Assembly: GCA_017436645.1 (NCBI GenBank)
Contig: JAFSCR010000031.1
Location: 1,594 to 65,593 of the forward strand
Direction of reading: 5' to 3'
DNA length: 64,000 nt
DNA from: Clostridia bacterium
Lineage (GTDB): Bacteria; Bacillota; Clostridia; UMGS1883; UMGS1540
Notes under the pieces: generated by a model
The model's input: only the letters and a program-made list of their open reading frames with translations
What the model was told of the DNA's origin: nothing
Database searches by the model: none
Made by a program: the position numbers and the translations under genes
Part shown: one piece after another, positions 1-9,123 of the stretch
Layout of the letters: each line of letters begins with the position of its first letter
Position numbering within the stretch: position 1 is the stretch's first letter

Positions 1-1143
1 TTTCCGGATGTTGAAATTGCCGCCGTTTGCGATGTCTATCCGGATAGATGCGAAGCTGCGTGTGACAGCATCAAAAAGAAAACCGGGAATACACCCGTTT
101 GGACGACGGACTATCAAGAAATCATTCGCCGTGGTGATGTGGATGTTGTTACTGTCTTTTCAAGCTGGGAAACACATATTCGCATTGCCGTAGATGCTAT
201 GCGTCACAAAAAAATTGTAGGCCTTGAGGTAGGCGGCGCACTTTCTTTGGATGAATGCTGGGAACTGGTGAATGCATATGAAGAAACAAAAACACCGATT
301 ATGTTTCTTGAAAATTGTTGCTACGGTAAAAACGAACTCCTTGTTCGGAACATGGTTCGTGCGGGACTATTTGGTGAAGTTGTGCATTGCCATGGGGCCT
401 ATGCGCATGACCTAAGAGCCGAAATTGCATGGGGGAAAGAAAATAGACATTATAGACTTTACCACTACTTAAATCGAAATTGCGAAAACTATCCAACGCA
501 TGACCTTGGGCCGATTGCAAAAATTCTCGATATTAACAGAGGGAACAAAATGACGCGCCTTGTGTCCGTTGCATCAAAAGCGGCAGGGGTCGCGCAGTAC
601 ATCAGCGACAGACAAGAAACCTTTGAAAACAAAGAATTGATAGGCAAAACGTTTAAACAGGGCGATGTTGTAAATACACTTATTACCTGCGAAAGAGGAG
701 AAACAATTTCCTTGACGCTCGATACAACGCTTCCAAGGTCCTACAGCCGAGAATTTACCGTTCGGGGGACAAAAGGCATGTATGAGGAAAATACAAATTC
801 TGTGTTTTTAGATGGGGACGAGGAAGAATTTGAAACGGTCAAGCATTACAAAAAGGTGATTGACAATGCAAAACAGTATGAAGAAAAATACCTCCCCGAC
901 TATTGGCGAAACATTACGCCCGAGCAACTCGCAGGTCACGGCGGCATGGATTATTTTATGTTTTATGAATTCTTTAAAGCCATCAGGGAAAATCGGCCGA
1001 TGCCAATTGACGTTTACGACGCGGCTTCCTGGATGGCCGTTACTGCCCTTTCGGAATATTCCATCGCAAACGGTAACATCCCCGTGAAAGTTCCGGATTT
1101 TACGAAAGGTGCATGGATGAAAAGAGAAAGACTAGACGTATAA
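1..1143 (+). CDS. Gfo/Idh/MocA family NAD-binding oxidoreductase, 5'-partial (possibly GH109-like NAD-dependent glycosidase)
   Basis: Frame 1 is open from nt 1. The translation FPDVEIAAVCDVYPDR...VDVVTVFSSWETHIRIAVDAMRHKKIVGLEV...CCYGKNELL...GHGGMDYF has typical Gfo/Idh/MocA Rossmann and C-terminal features. The GH109 suggestion is inference only. Confidence 0.7.
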   Translation, partial: FPDVEIAAVCDVYPDRCEAACDSIKKKTGNTPVWTTDYQEIIRRGDVDVVTVFSSWETHIRIAVDAMRHKKIVGLEVGGALSLDECWELVNAYEETKTPIMFLENCCYGKNELLVRNMVRAGLFGEVVHCHGAYAHDLRAEIAWGKENRHYRLYHYLNRNCENYPTHDLGPIAKILDINRGNKMTRLVSVASKAAGVAQYISDRQETFENKELIGKTFKQGDVVNTLITCERGETISLTLDTTLPRSYSREFTVRGTKGMYEENTNSVFLDGDEEEFETVKHYKKVIDNAKQYEEKYLPDYWRNITPEQLAGHGGMDYFMFYEFFKAIRENRPMPIDVYDAASWMAVTALSEYSIANGNIPVKVPDFTKGAWMKRERLDV

Positions 1144-1150
1144 AAAAGGA

Positions 1151-4100
1151 GTGTTTCAAATGAAAAAAATCGCAGTATTTCTTTCGCTGGTGCTTATTTT
1201 AAGTCTTATGACGTCATTTGTGGCTATTGCCGATGACATCATCAAAGTGCAGTATGAAATTCTTGCCGACGAGCCGACACGCACGCTCGGGGTGGATTGC
1301 TACGAGGTTTTCGAAAATACGAGCCTTGAAATCATGGATTCTCCCGAACAGTTTTATTCTTGGGGCGTAACGTCGCATCTGACCATGAAAAACACTTGGG
1401 TGGGCTGCGGCCTTGTGGAACGGAGTACCGACGCCCATACCGGCGAATACGCACTGGAATTAAAAACCGCTTCAAGTGAAGAATATGTGCATGCAGTAGG
1501 GTATGGAACTTTAAAACCGGGCGAAACTTACGAGCTTTCCGCTTTTGTGAAAAAACTTGCGGACTGCGAAAGAGTCGTCATCATGGTGCAGTTTGACGGA
1601 AAATATAAAGGTGTGCCGCAAAGCTATGATATGCTGAAACTTGAATATAATGACGTAGGGGTAGAAGACGGCTGGACGAAACAAACGATGCGTTTTACCG
1701 CGCCGGATTATGTACAGGGGGCATCCTTTATGTTGCGCCTTATGGGAAAAGGGAATGTTCTTTATGACGATGTTTCCCTCTTGCATATTACAACTGAAAT
1801 GCCGAAACCCGAAGTAAGTCCTATAAAACCCCCTATAGAATTTATCGGACTGAAAAACCCCGGTTTTGAAGAGGATACACCGGGCCAAAAGCCGGACCCT
1901 TCAAAAGGATGGGAAGAACTGCGCGGCGCTGTGGTTACAGATAAATACGCGCATAGCGGTAAAAACAGTGTAGAGCTGAATACGACAGGGGAGCATGACG
2001 ACGTTCGTGTATGTGTTACCCTCGGCGGCTTTAAAAATGGCGCCACGTACCAGCTTTCTGCGTGGGTGTATAATCCGGAGGATGCAAAGGCAGACCTTTC
2101 CTACTGGGTCGATTATTCCTCCAAAGAATTTTATGATTGGGAAGATAAAAACTCTCAAATGGGCGAAGATAAAGTGCACTATATGCTTCGGAAAATGGAC
2201 GGATGGGAGCAAATGGTTTTGGAATTTACACCGCCGGATAACGTAAACACCGCTCTCATTATGCTTTGCCAAAGAGTAACGCGCGGCGTACTATACTTGG
2301 ATGATGTTTCCTTGTATATGGTAAAAGAGCCGAACGCTGTTTCTGCAGAAACAGACGAAACCTTTTACTATACGGAATGGCCTACCGGTTTTGTCACCGC
2401 AACGCCTTACATTATGGATGACCCGGCAAGTTCCTACGCAGAATTCTCCTTTATAGACCTTGACGGCGCAGAAACCCATAAAGAAACCTTTTCAAATCTT
2501 ACAAACGGCGTAACCTATACTTTCCGCACCGAATGGATGCAGGAAAAGGGAAAGCGATACCATATCGGGATGAAAATTTTCGGGCCGGACGGTGCAATTT
2601 TGCAAGATACGAAATTTCCTGTCTTTCGATTTGATAGGCCCACATATCTTGGCGCCGACGGCATTTTTCGCAAAAATGGCAAGGAATATACGATAACCCT
2701 TGGCAACCAGGCGAATATGCAGCTTCTTGATATGCACCCCGAAAATGGAGGTTGCACGGTGGTCCTTTTGGCAGGTGATGCAAATATTCCCATTTTGGAA
2801 CGGCTTGATAGAGTGTATGAACAAGGTATGCTCGCAATGATTGGCCTTTATTACGGCCGTATTATGGCGGGGAGTGAAGACCGCATTGAATCGACAAAAG
2901 AAATGGTTGCGCTCGTCAAAGACCATCCGGCACTGTTTGGGTATAAAATTCAGGATGAACCCAGTCAGCATGGAACTTCGGACGAGGAAATGATTACGGC
3001 CTATGAAATCATTCATAACATCGACCCCAATCACGTTGTATATGTAGACGACTCCGTTCCCGGTGCCTATCCATGGCTTTTCCGCTATTCCGATCTGGTG
3101 GATATTGACTATTACGGCGGTGCAGACCCGGATGCCGGCAGAGTTATGACAACCATAATGGGTCGCGCAATGGAAGCTTCCAAAGGCAGAAAGCCGTTTA
3201 CGCTCCTTGAGCAGGCGTTTGAGTTTATGGGATATATGCCCTCGGTTGACGAAATGCGCCACATGGCATACCAGGCCTTCTTTGCCGGGGCACAAGGCTA
3301 TGGTTTCCATGCGCTTTCCTCCGATGACGGCATTCAGCCAGACTATATGACAAGACCCGAGTGGCAGGAAATCGTTGATAAGTGGGCGCCATGGGAACGG
3401 GACTTTATGTACGGCTGCTTTATAACAGGAGAATATAAGTTCTTAAATTACGCTATGACAAATGATATTCTCTGGGGGACATTTACGGACGGCACGGATA
3501 TATATGCCATCGTTTTAAATCGAGACAAGAGTGCGGCGAAGGAAGCGGTTATTCCGCTTACGGACGGCACAGGGGTAATAAACGTGGACGGATTTTCGGC
3601 CAGAACTATGACTGGGGAAAGTAAGAGAATAACCGGTAGCGGCTCTATGTTTTTGTCTCTTGCGCCCATGGAAGCGGTCGTTTGGAAAGTCACGCCTTTT
3701 GCCGCCTTTGACGCTTCACATCTGAAAACCTCGAAATACAGAGACCTTTTAAATTATCCCTGGGCCTATCATGCGATTGCAACGCTCGAGGAAAAAAGGA
3801 TAATCAACGAAAAATCCCCTAATTGGTACGGCCCCGGCGAGAATATTACCCGAGGAGATTATGCCATGTTCCTCGTTCGCACACTTGGAATAAATGTAGC
3901 GCCCGGTGAAAACTTCATAGATGTTGAAGCGGATGCAGAATATGCAAAGGAGCTTGCAATCGGGAAAGCAGCAGGCATCATAAACGGCGTAGGGGATAAT
4001 AAATTTAACCCTGAGGCGCAGATTACCCGTCAGGATATGATGACCATGACAAGCCGTGCCATGCAGCTCGCAGGCACAGCTGACCTTGGCGCTTTCTCCG

Positions 4101-4255
4101 ATAGCGGTGCGATTGCAGACTACGCCGCATCCCACGTTTCTGCAATGGTGGCCGAAGGCCTTATTAAGGGTAACGCTGACGGCACAATCAATCCTCTGGG
4201 GAATACTACACGTGCAGAAGCCGCCGTTATTATGAACAGAATCATCAATAAGTAA
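1151..4255 (+). CDS. Secreted SLH-anchored multidomain protein: signal peptide, two CBM4/9-like beta-sandwich domains, a clan GH-A-like TIM-barrel domain, three C-terminal SLH repeats
   Basis: N-terminal signal peptide MKKIAVFLSLVLILSLMTSFVAIA. Two CBM_4_9-like segments (..AHTGEYALEL..GETYELSAFVK..VLYDDVSLL; ..HSGKNSVEL..ATYQLSAWVYNP..VLYLDDVSL). TIM-barrel-like region with HPALFGYKIQDEP. C-terminal three-fold SLH repeats (YPWAYHAIATLEE..., ..ITRGDYAMFLVRTLG.., ..ITRQDMMTMTSRAM..). RBS AAGGAG upstream. Confidence 0.75.
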   Translation: MFQMKKIAVFLSLVLILSLMTSFVAIADDIIKVQYEILADEPTRTLGVDCYEVFENTSLEIMDSPEQFYSWGVTSHLTMKNTWVGCGLVERSTDAHTGEYALELKTASSEEYVHAVGYGTLKPGETYELSAFVKKLADCERVVIMVQFDGKYKGVPQSYDMLKLEYNDVGVEDGWTKQTMRFTAPDYVQGASFMLRLMGKGNVLYDDVSLLHITTEMPKPEVSPIKPPIEFIGLKNPGFEEDTPGQKPDPSKGWEELRGAVVTDKYAHSGKNSVELNTTGEHDDVRVCVTLGGFKNGATYQLSAWVYNPEDAKADLSYWVDYSSKEFYDWEDKNSQMGEDKVHYMLRKMDGWEQMVLEFTPPDNVNTALIMLCQRVTRGVLYLDDVSLYMVKEPNAVSAETDETFYYTEWPTGFVTATPYIMDDPASSYAEFSFIDLDGAETHKETFSNLTNGVTYTFRTEWMQEKGKRYHIGMKIFGPDGAILQDTKFPVFRFDRPTYLGADGIFRKNGKEYTITLGNQANMQLLDMHPENGGCTVVLLAGDANIPILERLDRVYEQGMLAMIGLYYGRIMAGSEDRIESTKEMVALVKDHPALFGYKIQDEPSQHGTSDEEMITAYEIIHNIDPNHVVYVDDSVPGAYPWLFRYSDLVDIDYYGGADPDAGRVMTTIMGRAMEASKGRKPFTLLEQAFEFMGYMPSVDEMRHMAYQAFFAGAQGYGFHALSSDDGIQPDYMTRPEWQEIVDKWAPWERDFMYGCFITGEYKFLNYAMTNDILWGTFTDGTDIYAIVLNRDKSAAKEAVIPLTDGTGVINVDGFSARTMTGESKRITGSGSMFLSLAPMEAVVWKVTPFAAFDASHLKTSKYRDLLNYPWAYHAIATLEEKRIINEKSPNWYGPGENITRGDYAMFLVRTLGINVAPGENFIDVEADAEYAKELAIGKAAGIINGVGDNKFNPEAQITRQDMMTMTSRAMQLAGTADLGAFSDSGAIADYAASHVSAMVAEGLIKGNADGTINPLGNTTRAEAAVIMNRIINK

Positions 4256-4256
4256 T

Positions 4257-4291
4257 AAAAAGGCACGAATGGAAACATTCGTGCCTTTTTG
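4257..4291 (+). terminator. Rho-independent terminator (hairpin AGGCACGAATG/CATTCGTGCCT plus T-run)
   Basis: Perfect inverted repeat followed by TTTTT immediately after the stop codon of the first SLH gene. Confidence 0.7.
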
Positions 4292-4395
4292 ACCGATATT
4301 ATAAAAAATACCTTGTTTTTGATGAAAATAAACCTGATTTTGTATAGAAAAAAGAAGATTTTTGTTTTATAATATAACTACAAAACAAAAAAGGA

Positions 4396-7300
4396 GTGGA
4401 GACCATGAAAAAAATCGCACTATTTCTCACATTGGTACTTTGCCTCGGCCTTATGACGCCGTTTACGGTAAGTGCCGCTATCTCGGTATCCTATGAAGTG
4501 CTCAAAGAAAACCCCGAGCGCATCGTGGGGAAGGATTGTTATGAGCTTCTTGGGAATAAAAGCTTTGAAATTCAGAAGAGTGAACAACTTCCCTCTGATT
4601 ATAGCTTCAGTTCTCCCATTGGGTATAAGAACACCTTTTTCGGTTGCGGTTTCGTTGAAAAATCAAACGATGCCCACACCGGGGAAGTGGCCGTTCATAT
4701 CTTTCCCACAGAGGAAAACTTCCGTGTGAGTTTTGGCCCTACCTCTGCCATTTCCATAATTGCAGGGGAAACATACGAGTATTCTATCTGGATGAAGCGA
4801 GTGAAAGACGGCGGCCAAGTCAGAGTTGATATTAACTTTGCAGGTCAGCTTGATGGTGAAAAGCTTTCCTACGGTTTTGTGAAAATACCTTTTTCTGATA
4901 TTACTGTGGCAGACGGATGGCAGAAAAGAACAGGTCGTTTTGTTGCACCTGAAAATGTAAAAACCTGCACGCCAAGCGTAATGACTTACGGCCCTGCCGA
5001 TGTCCTTTGGGATGATGTTTCCCTTCTTTGCATTACCGATACAATGCCTGTTCCCGAAATGCCGGAAGAGAAGCCCGCAATTAAAGAGTATGAAATTAAA
5101 AATGCAGGATTTGAAGCGGATACCCCCGGGGAGCCTTTAAAGCTTGAAAACGGCTGGGAAATCATCGGGCCCACAAAGGCCTCCGATAAGTATGCCCACT
5201 CGGGAAATAACAGTTGCGAGCTTCGTACCGTAGGCGGCGGTCCTGATGCCATTGCTACTCTTTATTTCCCCATTGATGTTAAGGGAGCCACCTATCAGCT
5301 TGATGCCTGGATTTTAAATCCCGAGGAAGAAAGATGTGATACAGGCTTCTGGATTTCTTATTTTTCTATTGACGAAGTGGACTGGGGTAGAAAGGACACC
5401 CATCTTGGTGAAGACAAAAGTGCCAGATGGGGTATAAGACCTACCCACACCTGGCAGAAATATATTGCCGAATTCACCCCTCCTGATGATGCCAAGCTCG
5501 CAATGATATATATAAGACACAGAACAACCCCCGGTGTAGTTTATGTGGATGATGTTTCCCTTCGTATGGTAAAGACACCGGATGCACTGAGTTTAAATAC
5601 GGATGAAACCTTCTATTATACGGATTGGAAAGAAGGTTACTGCATCGGTACGCCTTATTTTATGGAAAACCCCGACGCTATGCGTGCAGATTTTGCGTTT
5701 GTAGAACTGGACGGTACCGAAACCCATCAGGAATCCGTCTATGGCCTTGCCGCCGGTGCCAGATATACCTTCCGCACCGAATGGATGAAGGAAAAAGGGG
5801 AGAGATACCATATTCGTGCCAGAGTATATAATGCAGAAAATGCTCTTGTGCAGGAAGAAGAATTCCCTGTATTTCGTTATGACAGACCCACCTATCTTGG
5901 TGCTGACGGGCTTTTTCGTAAAAACGGGGATGTGATTCCCATCGTTTACGGCACAGGCCTTGATCCCGAACAGTTAGCACAGCACCCGGAAAAGGGCGGC
6001 GTAACCGTTGTCCAGTTCTACAATATCGGCAAAAGCTCCCTTGGTACTGCGCATCAGGTTATGGATAAGGCACTGGAACAGGGTATGTATGTTATGATTA
6101 TCTGTTATTCCGGTGGTAAGAGTGCAGGCCACCCCGATATGATTGATAACGTGAAAAACAGCGTTCTTGCAAATAAGGACCATCCTGCTCTCTGGGGATA
6201 TAAAATCATTGATGAGCCTTATCAGAAGGGCATCGAAGATGAGGAAATGATTGCGGCGTATAAAACCATCCGTGACCTTGACCCCCATCATCCCATTTAT
6301 GTGGATGACTCCGTAATAGGCGGTTATGACTGGATGTTCCGCTATTGTGACGTTCTTGATATTGACTTATATACCGGTAACAGCGCTTACTCCGGCACAG
6401 TTTTCACAGAAGCTTTTGATATGGCAATGGAAGCCTCTAAAGGCAGAAAACCCTTTACCTTTCTGCAGCAGGCATCCATGTATAGCGGTTATATTCCTTC
6501 TTACGATGAACTCCGTCACCAGCTTTATCAGGCGTTTTTTGCGGGCTGCTCCGGCTATGGCTATCACGTGTTAGGTGCAGAGCACGCCCATCTCGGCGAG
6601 CCTGCTTATCTTGACAGAGAACAATGGGATCTCCTTTGTGAAAAGTGGGCACCCTGGGAAAGAGATTTTCTCTTTGGGTGTTTTGTAACCGGCACCTATA
6701 AATATGTAAACTACAATAGAAATGACAGCGTTCTTTGGGGGACCTATACTGACGGCAAGGATATCTACGCCATCTGCTTAAACCGCAAGAAAACTGAGGA
6801 AACCCCCATTTCCGTTCCACTTTCTGACGGTATGGGGACAATGCAGATTGGTTCTTTCACGGCACAGAGGATGACAGGAGAAACCGCCACCCTCACAGGA
6901 AACGGCACCCTTTCCTTTGTTCTTGCACCGCAGGAAGCCGTTGTTTGGAAAATCACGCCCACCGATGCTCCTTTAAACGTTTCCCATCTCAAAGCTTCTT
7001 CCTTTAATGATATTACCTATTATCCCTGGGCATATAATGCCATTGCAACCCTTGAAGAAAAAGGCATTGTAAACCGCGTTTCCGAAACCTGGTACGGTCC
7101 CGGTCAAAATATTACCCGTGGTGACTATGCTATGTTCCTCGTTCGCACTCTCGGTATAAACGTTGCTCCCGGTGAAAACTTCGTAGATGTTGAAGCGGAT
7201 GCAGAATATGCAAAGGAACTTGCAATCGGAAAAGCGGCAGGTATCATAAATGGTGTAGGGGATAACAAGTTTAACCCCGAGGCCGCAATTACCCGCCAGG

Positions 7301-7521
7301 ATATGATGACGATGACAAGCCGTGCAATGAGCCTTGCAGGCTCTGCTGACCTTTCCGCTTTCTCTGATGCAGGCAACATTGCAGACTATGCCGCACTCCA
7401 CGTTTCTGCAATGGTCGCAGAAGGTCTTATTAAGGGGAATGCCGACGGCACAATTAACCCCCTCGGCAACACCACAAGGGCCGAAGCTGCCGTAATTATG
7501 AATCGTGTTCTTGCAAAATGA
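4396..7521 (+). CDS. Secreted SLH-anchored multidomain protein, tandem paralog of 1151..4255 (same architecture)
   Basis: Signal peptide MKKIALFLTLVLCLGLMTPFTVSAA. Same CBM-like, TIM-barrel (HPALWGYKIIDEP) and three-SLH architecture. The C-terminal ~160 aa are about 90% identical to the upstream paralog. RBS AAAGGAG. Confidence 0.75.
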   Translation: METMKKIALFLTLVLCLGLMTPFTVSAAISVSYEVLKENPERIVGKDCYELLGNKSFEIQKSEQLPSDYSFSSPIGYKNTFFGCGFVEKSNDAHTGEVAVHIFPTEENFRVSFGPTSAISIIAGETYEYSIWMKRVKDGGQVRVDINFAGQLDGEKLSYGFVKIPFSDITVADGWQKRTGRFVAPENVKTCTPSVMTYGPADVLWDDVSLLCITDTMPVPEMPEEKPAIKEYEIKNAGFEADTPGEPLKLENGWEIIGPTKASDKYAHSGNNSCELRTVGGGPDAIATLYFPIDVKGATYQLDAWILNPEEERCDTGFWISYFSIDEVDWGRKDTHLGEDKSARWGIRPTHTWQKYIAEFTPPDDAKLAMIYIRHRTTPGVVYVDDVSLRMVKTPDALSLNTDETFYYTDWKEGYCIGTPYFMENPDAMRADFAFVELDGTETHQESVYGLAAGARYTFRTEWMKEKGERYHIRARVYNAENALVQEEEFPVFRYDRPTYLGADGLFRKNGDVIPIVYGTGLDPEQLAQHPEKGGVTVVQFYNIGKSSLGTAHQVMDKALEQGMYVMIICYSGGKSAGHPDMIDNVKNSVLANKDHPALWGYKIIDEPYQKGIEDEEMIAAYKTIRDLDPHHPIYVDDSVIGGYDWMFRYCDVLDIDLYTGNSAYSGTVFTEAFDMAMEASKGRKPFTFLQQASMYSGYIPSYDELRHQLYQAFFAGCSGYGYHVLGAEHAHLGEPAYLDREQWDLLCEKWAPWERDFLFGCFVTGTYKYVNYNRNDSVLWGTYTDGKDIYAICLNRKKTEETPISVPLSDGMGTMQIGSFTAQRMTGETATLTGNGTLSFVLAPQEAVVWKITPTDAPLNVSHLKASSFNDITYYPWAYNAIATLEEKGIVNRVSETWYGPGQNITRGDYAMFLVRTLGINVAPGENFVDVEADAEYAKELAIGKAAGIINGVGDNKFNPEAAITRQDMMTMTSRAMSLAGSADLSAFSDAGNIADYAALHVSAMVAEGLIKGNADGTINPLGNTTRAEAAVIMNRVLAK

Positions 7522-7527
7522 GTTTGA

Positions 7528-7565
7528 AAAGGCAAGGGATTTTTATAAAATCCCTTGCTTTCTTC
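7528..7565 (+). terminator. Rho-independent terminator (AAGGCAAGGGATTTT/AAAATCCCTTGCTT)
   Basis: Inverted repeat plus T-run after the stop codon of the second SLH gene. Confidence 0.7.
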
Positions 7566-7602
7566 AATAGACATGATATAATCTGAATAAGGAGATGATT
7601 TT

Positions 7603-9078
7603 ATGTTTGCGGTTTGCACGCCGGAGGAAGTTGGAATCTCTTCCGAAAGCATAAAAAAATACATTGGACTTTTAGAGGAAAACCGTCTTTCCACCCACAA
7701 CGTGATTATTGCGAGAGGGAATAAAATTTGTTTTGAAAAATATTGGGCACCCTTTCATAAGGATTTCCTCCACAGAATTTATTCCTGCACCAAAAGCTTT
7801 GTTTCACTTGCTATCGGCTTTTTAGAACAGGAAGGTAAGCTTTCCCTGGATGACCCTATCGGAATGTATTTTTCCGAGGAAGTGAAGAATCAAAAGGATG
7901 AAAACCTTAAAAATCAGACCATCCGTCATATGTTGATGATGTCCACGGCAAAGCCAATCCGGTTCTGGTTTCCTGCAAAGCCGAAGGATCGGGTGCAATT
8001 CTATTTCGAAAATGATAGGCCGGAGTCTCGTCCTTCCGGCTCCATATTTCAGTATGATTCCACAGGCTCCTTTGTTTTGGGTGCGCTTGTGGAAAGGCTT
8101 ACGGGCAAACCCTTTATTGATTATCTCCGTGAAAAATGCCTTGACGAAATCGGCTTTTCAAAAGAAGCCTATTGCCTCAGGTGCCCCGGCGGTCACTCCT
8201 GGGGGGACTCGGCACTTCTCTGCACGGCAAGAGACTTTCTCACGGCAGCCCGATTCGTTTTAAATGGCGGCAGCTGGAACGGAAAGCAGTATTTAAACCG
8301 TGAATATATTACTGCAGCCACCTCAAAACAAATTGACACCAACAACTGGATGACCACCGACCATGATTCCTACGGGTACGGTTATCAGTTCTGGCGCACG
8401 CAGAAGAATTCCTTCTTCTTTAGCGGTATGGGGTGCCAGCTTGCAGTGTGTGTGCCGGAAAAGGATTTAATCCTGATTTATAATGGTGATAATCAGGGCG
8501 TAGATTATTCCTATAAGCTCATTATGGATAGCTTCTTTAAAATTATAGTAGACAACATAAAAGATGCGCCTCTCCCGCAAAATTTTGCATTACAGAAGGA
8601 GCTTGAAGAAGAATCCGCCGGCTTAAAGCTTGCCACGGCTATTGGAAAGGAAAATTCTCCCTGGGTAGAAAAAATTTGTGGCAAAACCTTTTCACTTGGG
8701 GAAAATCCCATGGGCATCAAAACGCTTCGCCTGGAATTTGAAGGAAAGAAGGGAAAAATGCATTATACTAATGCCCAGGGGGACAAAACCCTGGAATTCG
8801 GTATGTGCGAAAATGTATTTGGCTTGTTTCCTGAAGAAGGATATTCTGCCGAAGTGGGAACAGTATATGCTCCGGGTAATTACTATAAGTGCGCTGCATC
8901 CGGCGCATGGGTAAGTTCTAATCAGCTTTTTATTAAGGTTCAGATTATTGATATTTATTTTGGAAACCTTAACATTATGCTGGGCTTTAAGGATAACGGC
9001 GTCGGCATTTACATGAAGAAAAATGCCGAAGATTTTCTTAAAGAATATGACGGTTACGCCGGCGGAACGATGGTATAA
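7603..9078 (+). CDS. Beta-lactamase-fold serine hydrolase family protein with C-terminal extra domain
   Basis: SxxK motif (SCTKSF), YGYGYQFW segment and class C beta-lactamase/PBP-like fold signature in the N-terminal ~330 aa. About 160 aa of additional C-terminal sequence. RBS AAGGAG. Confidence 0.65.
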   Translation: MFAVCTPEEVGISSESIKKYIGLLEENRLSTHNVIIARGNKICFEKYWAPFHKDFLHRIYSCTKSFVSLAIGFLEQEGKLSLDDPIGMYFSEEVKNQKDENLKNQTIRHMLMMSTAKPIRFWFPAKPKDRVQFYFENDRPESRPSGSIFQYDSTGSFVLGALVERLTGKPFIDYLREKCLDEIGFSKEAYCLRCPGGHSWGDSALLCTARDFLTAARFVLNGGSWNGKQYLNREYITAATSKQIDTNNWMTTDHDSYGYGYQFWRTQKNSFFFSGMGCQLAVCVPEKDLILIYNGDNQGVDYSYKLIMDSFFKIIVDNIKDAPLPQNFALQKELEEESAGLKLATAIGKENSPWVEKICGKTFSLGENPMGIKTLRLEFEGKKGKMHYTNAQGDKTLEFGMCENVFGLFPEEGYSAEVGTVYAPGNYYKCAASGAWVSSNQLFIKVQIIDIYFGNLNIMLGFKDNGVGIYMKKNAEDFLKEYDGYAGGTMV

Positions 9079-9080
9079 TA

Positions 9081-9115
9081 AAAACCCCCATGGCATTTTG
9101 CCATGGGGGTTTTTA
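9081..9115. terminator. Bidirectional rho-independent terminator (AAAACCCCCATGGCA/TGCCATGGGGGTTTT)
   Basis: Perfect palindrome flanked by A-run and T-run, between the convergent serine hydrolase and rhaB genes. Confidence 0.75.
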
Positions 9116-9123
9116 TATGCAGT

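Noticed and set aside
8-193. 61-aa ORF in frame 2 at the window start
   Set aside because: It lies inside the clearly coding, Gfo/Idh/MocA-like frame 1 ORF that runs in from upstream and has no RBS. Spurious.
2492-3310. 272-aa minus-strand ORF antisense to the first SLH gene. Similar long antisense ORFs occur elsewhere (13777-14361 in secA, 19510-20154 in the topoisomerase gene, 48449-49114 in AraC, 63237-63947 in ftsY)
   Set aside because: Each is antisense to a gene with strong homology-based support and has no RBS and no recognisable domains. Long antisense ORFs are expected by chance, and I treat them as non-coding.
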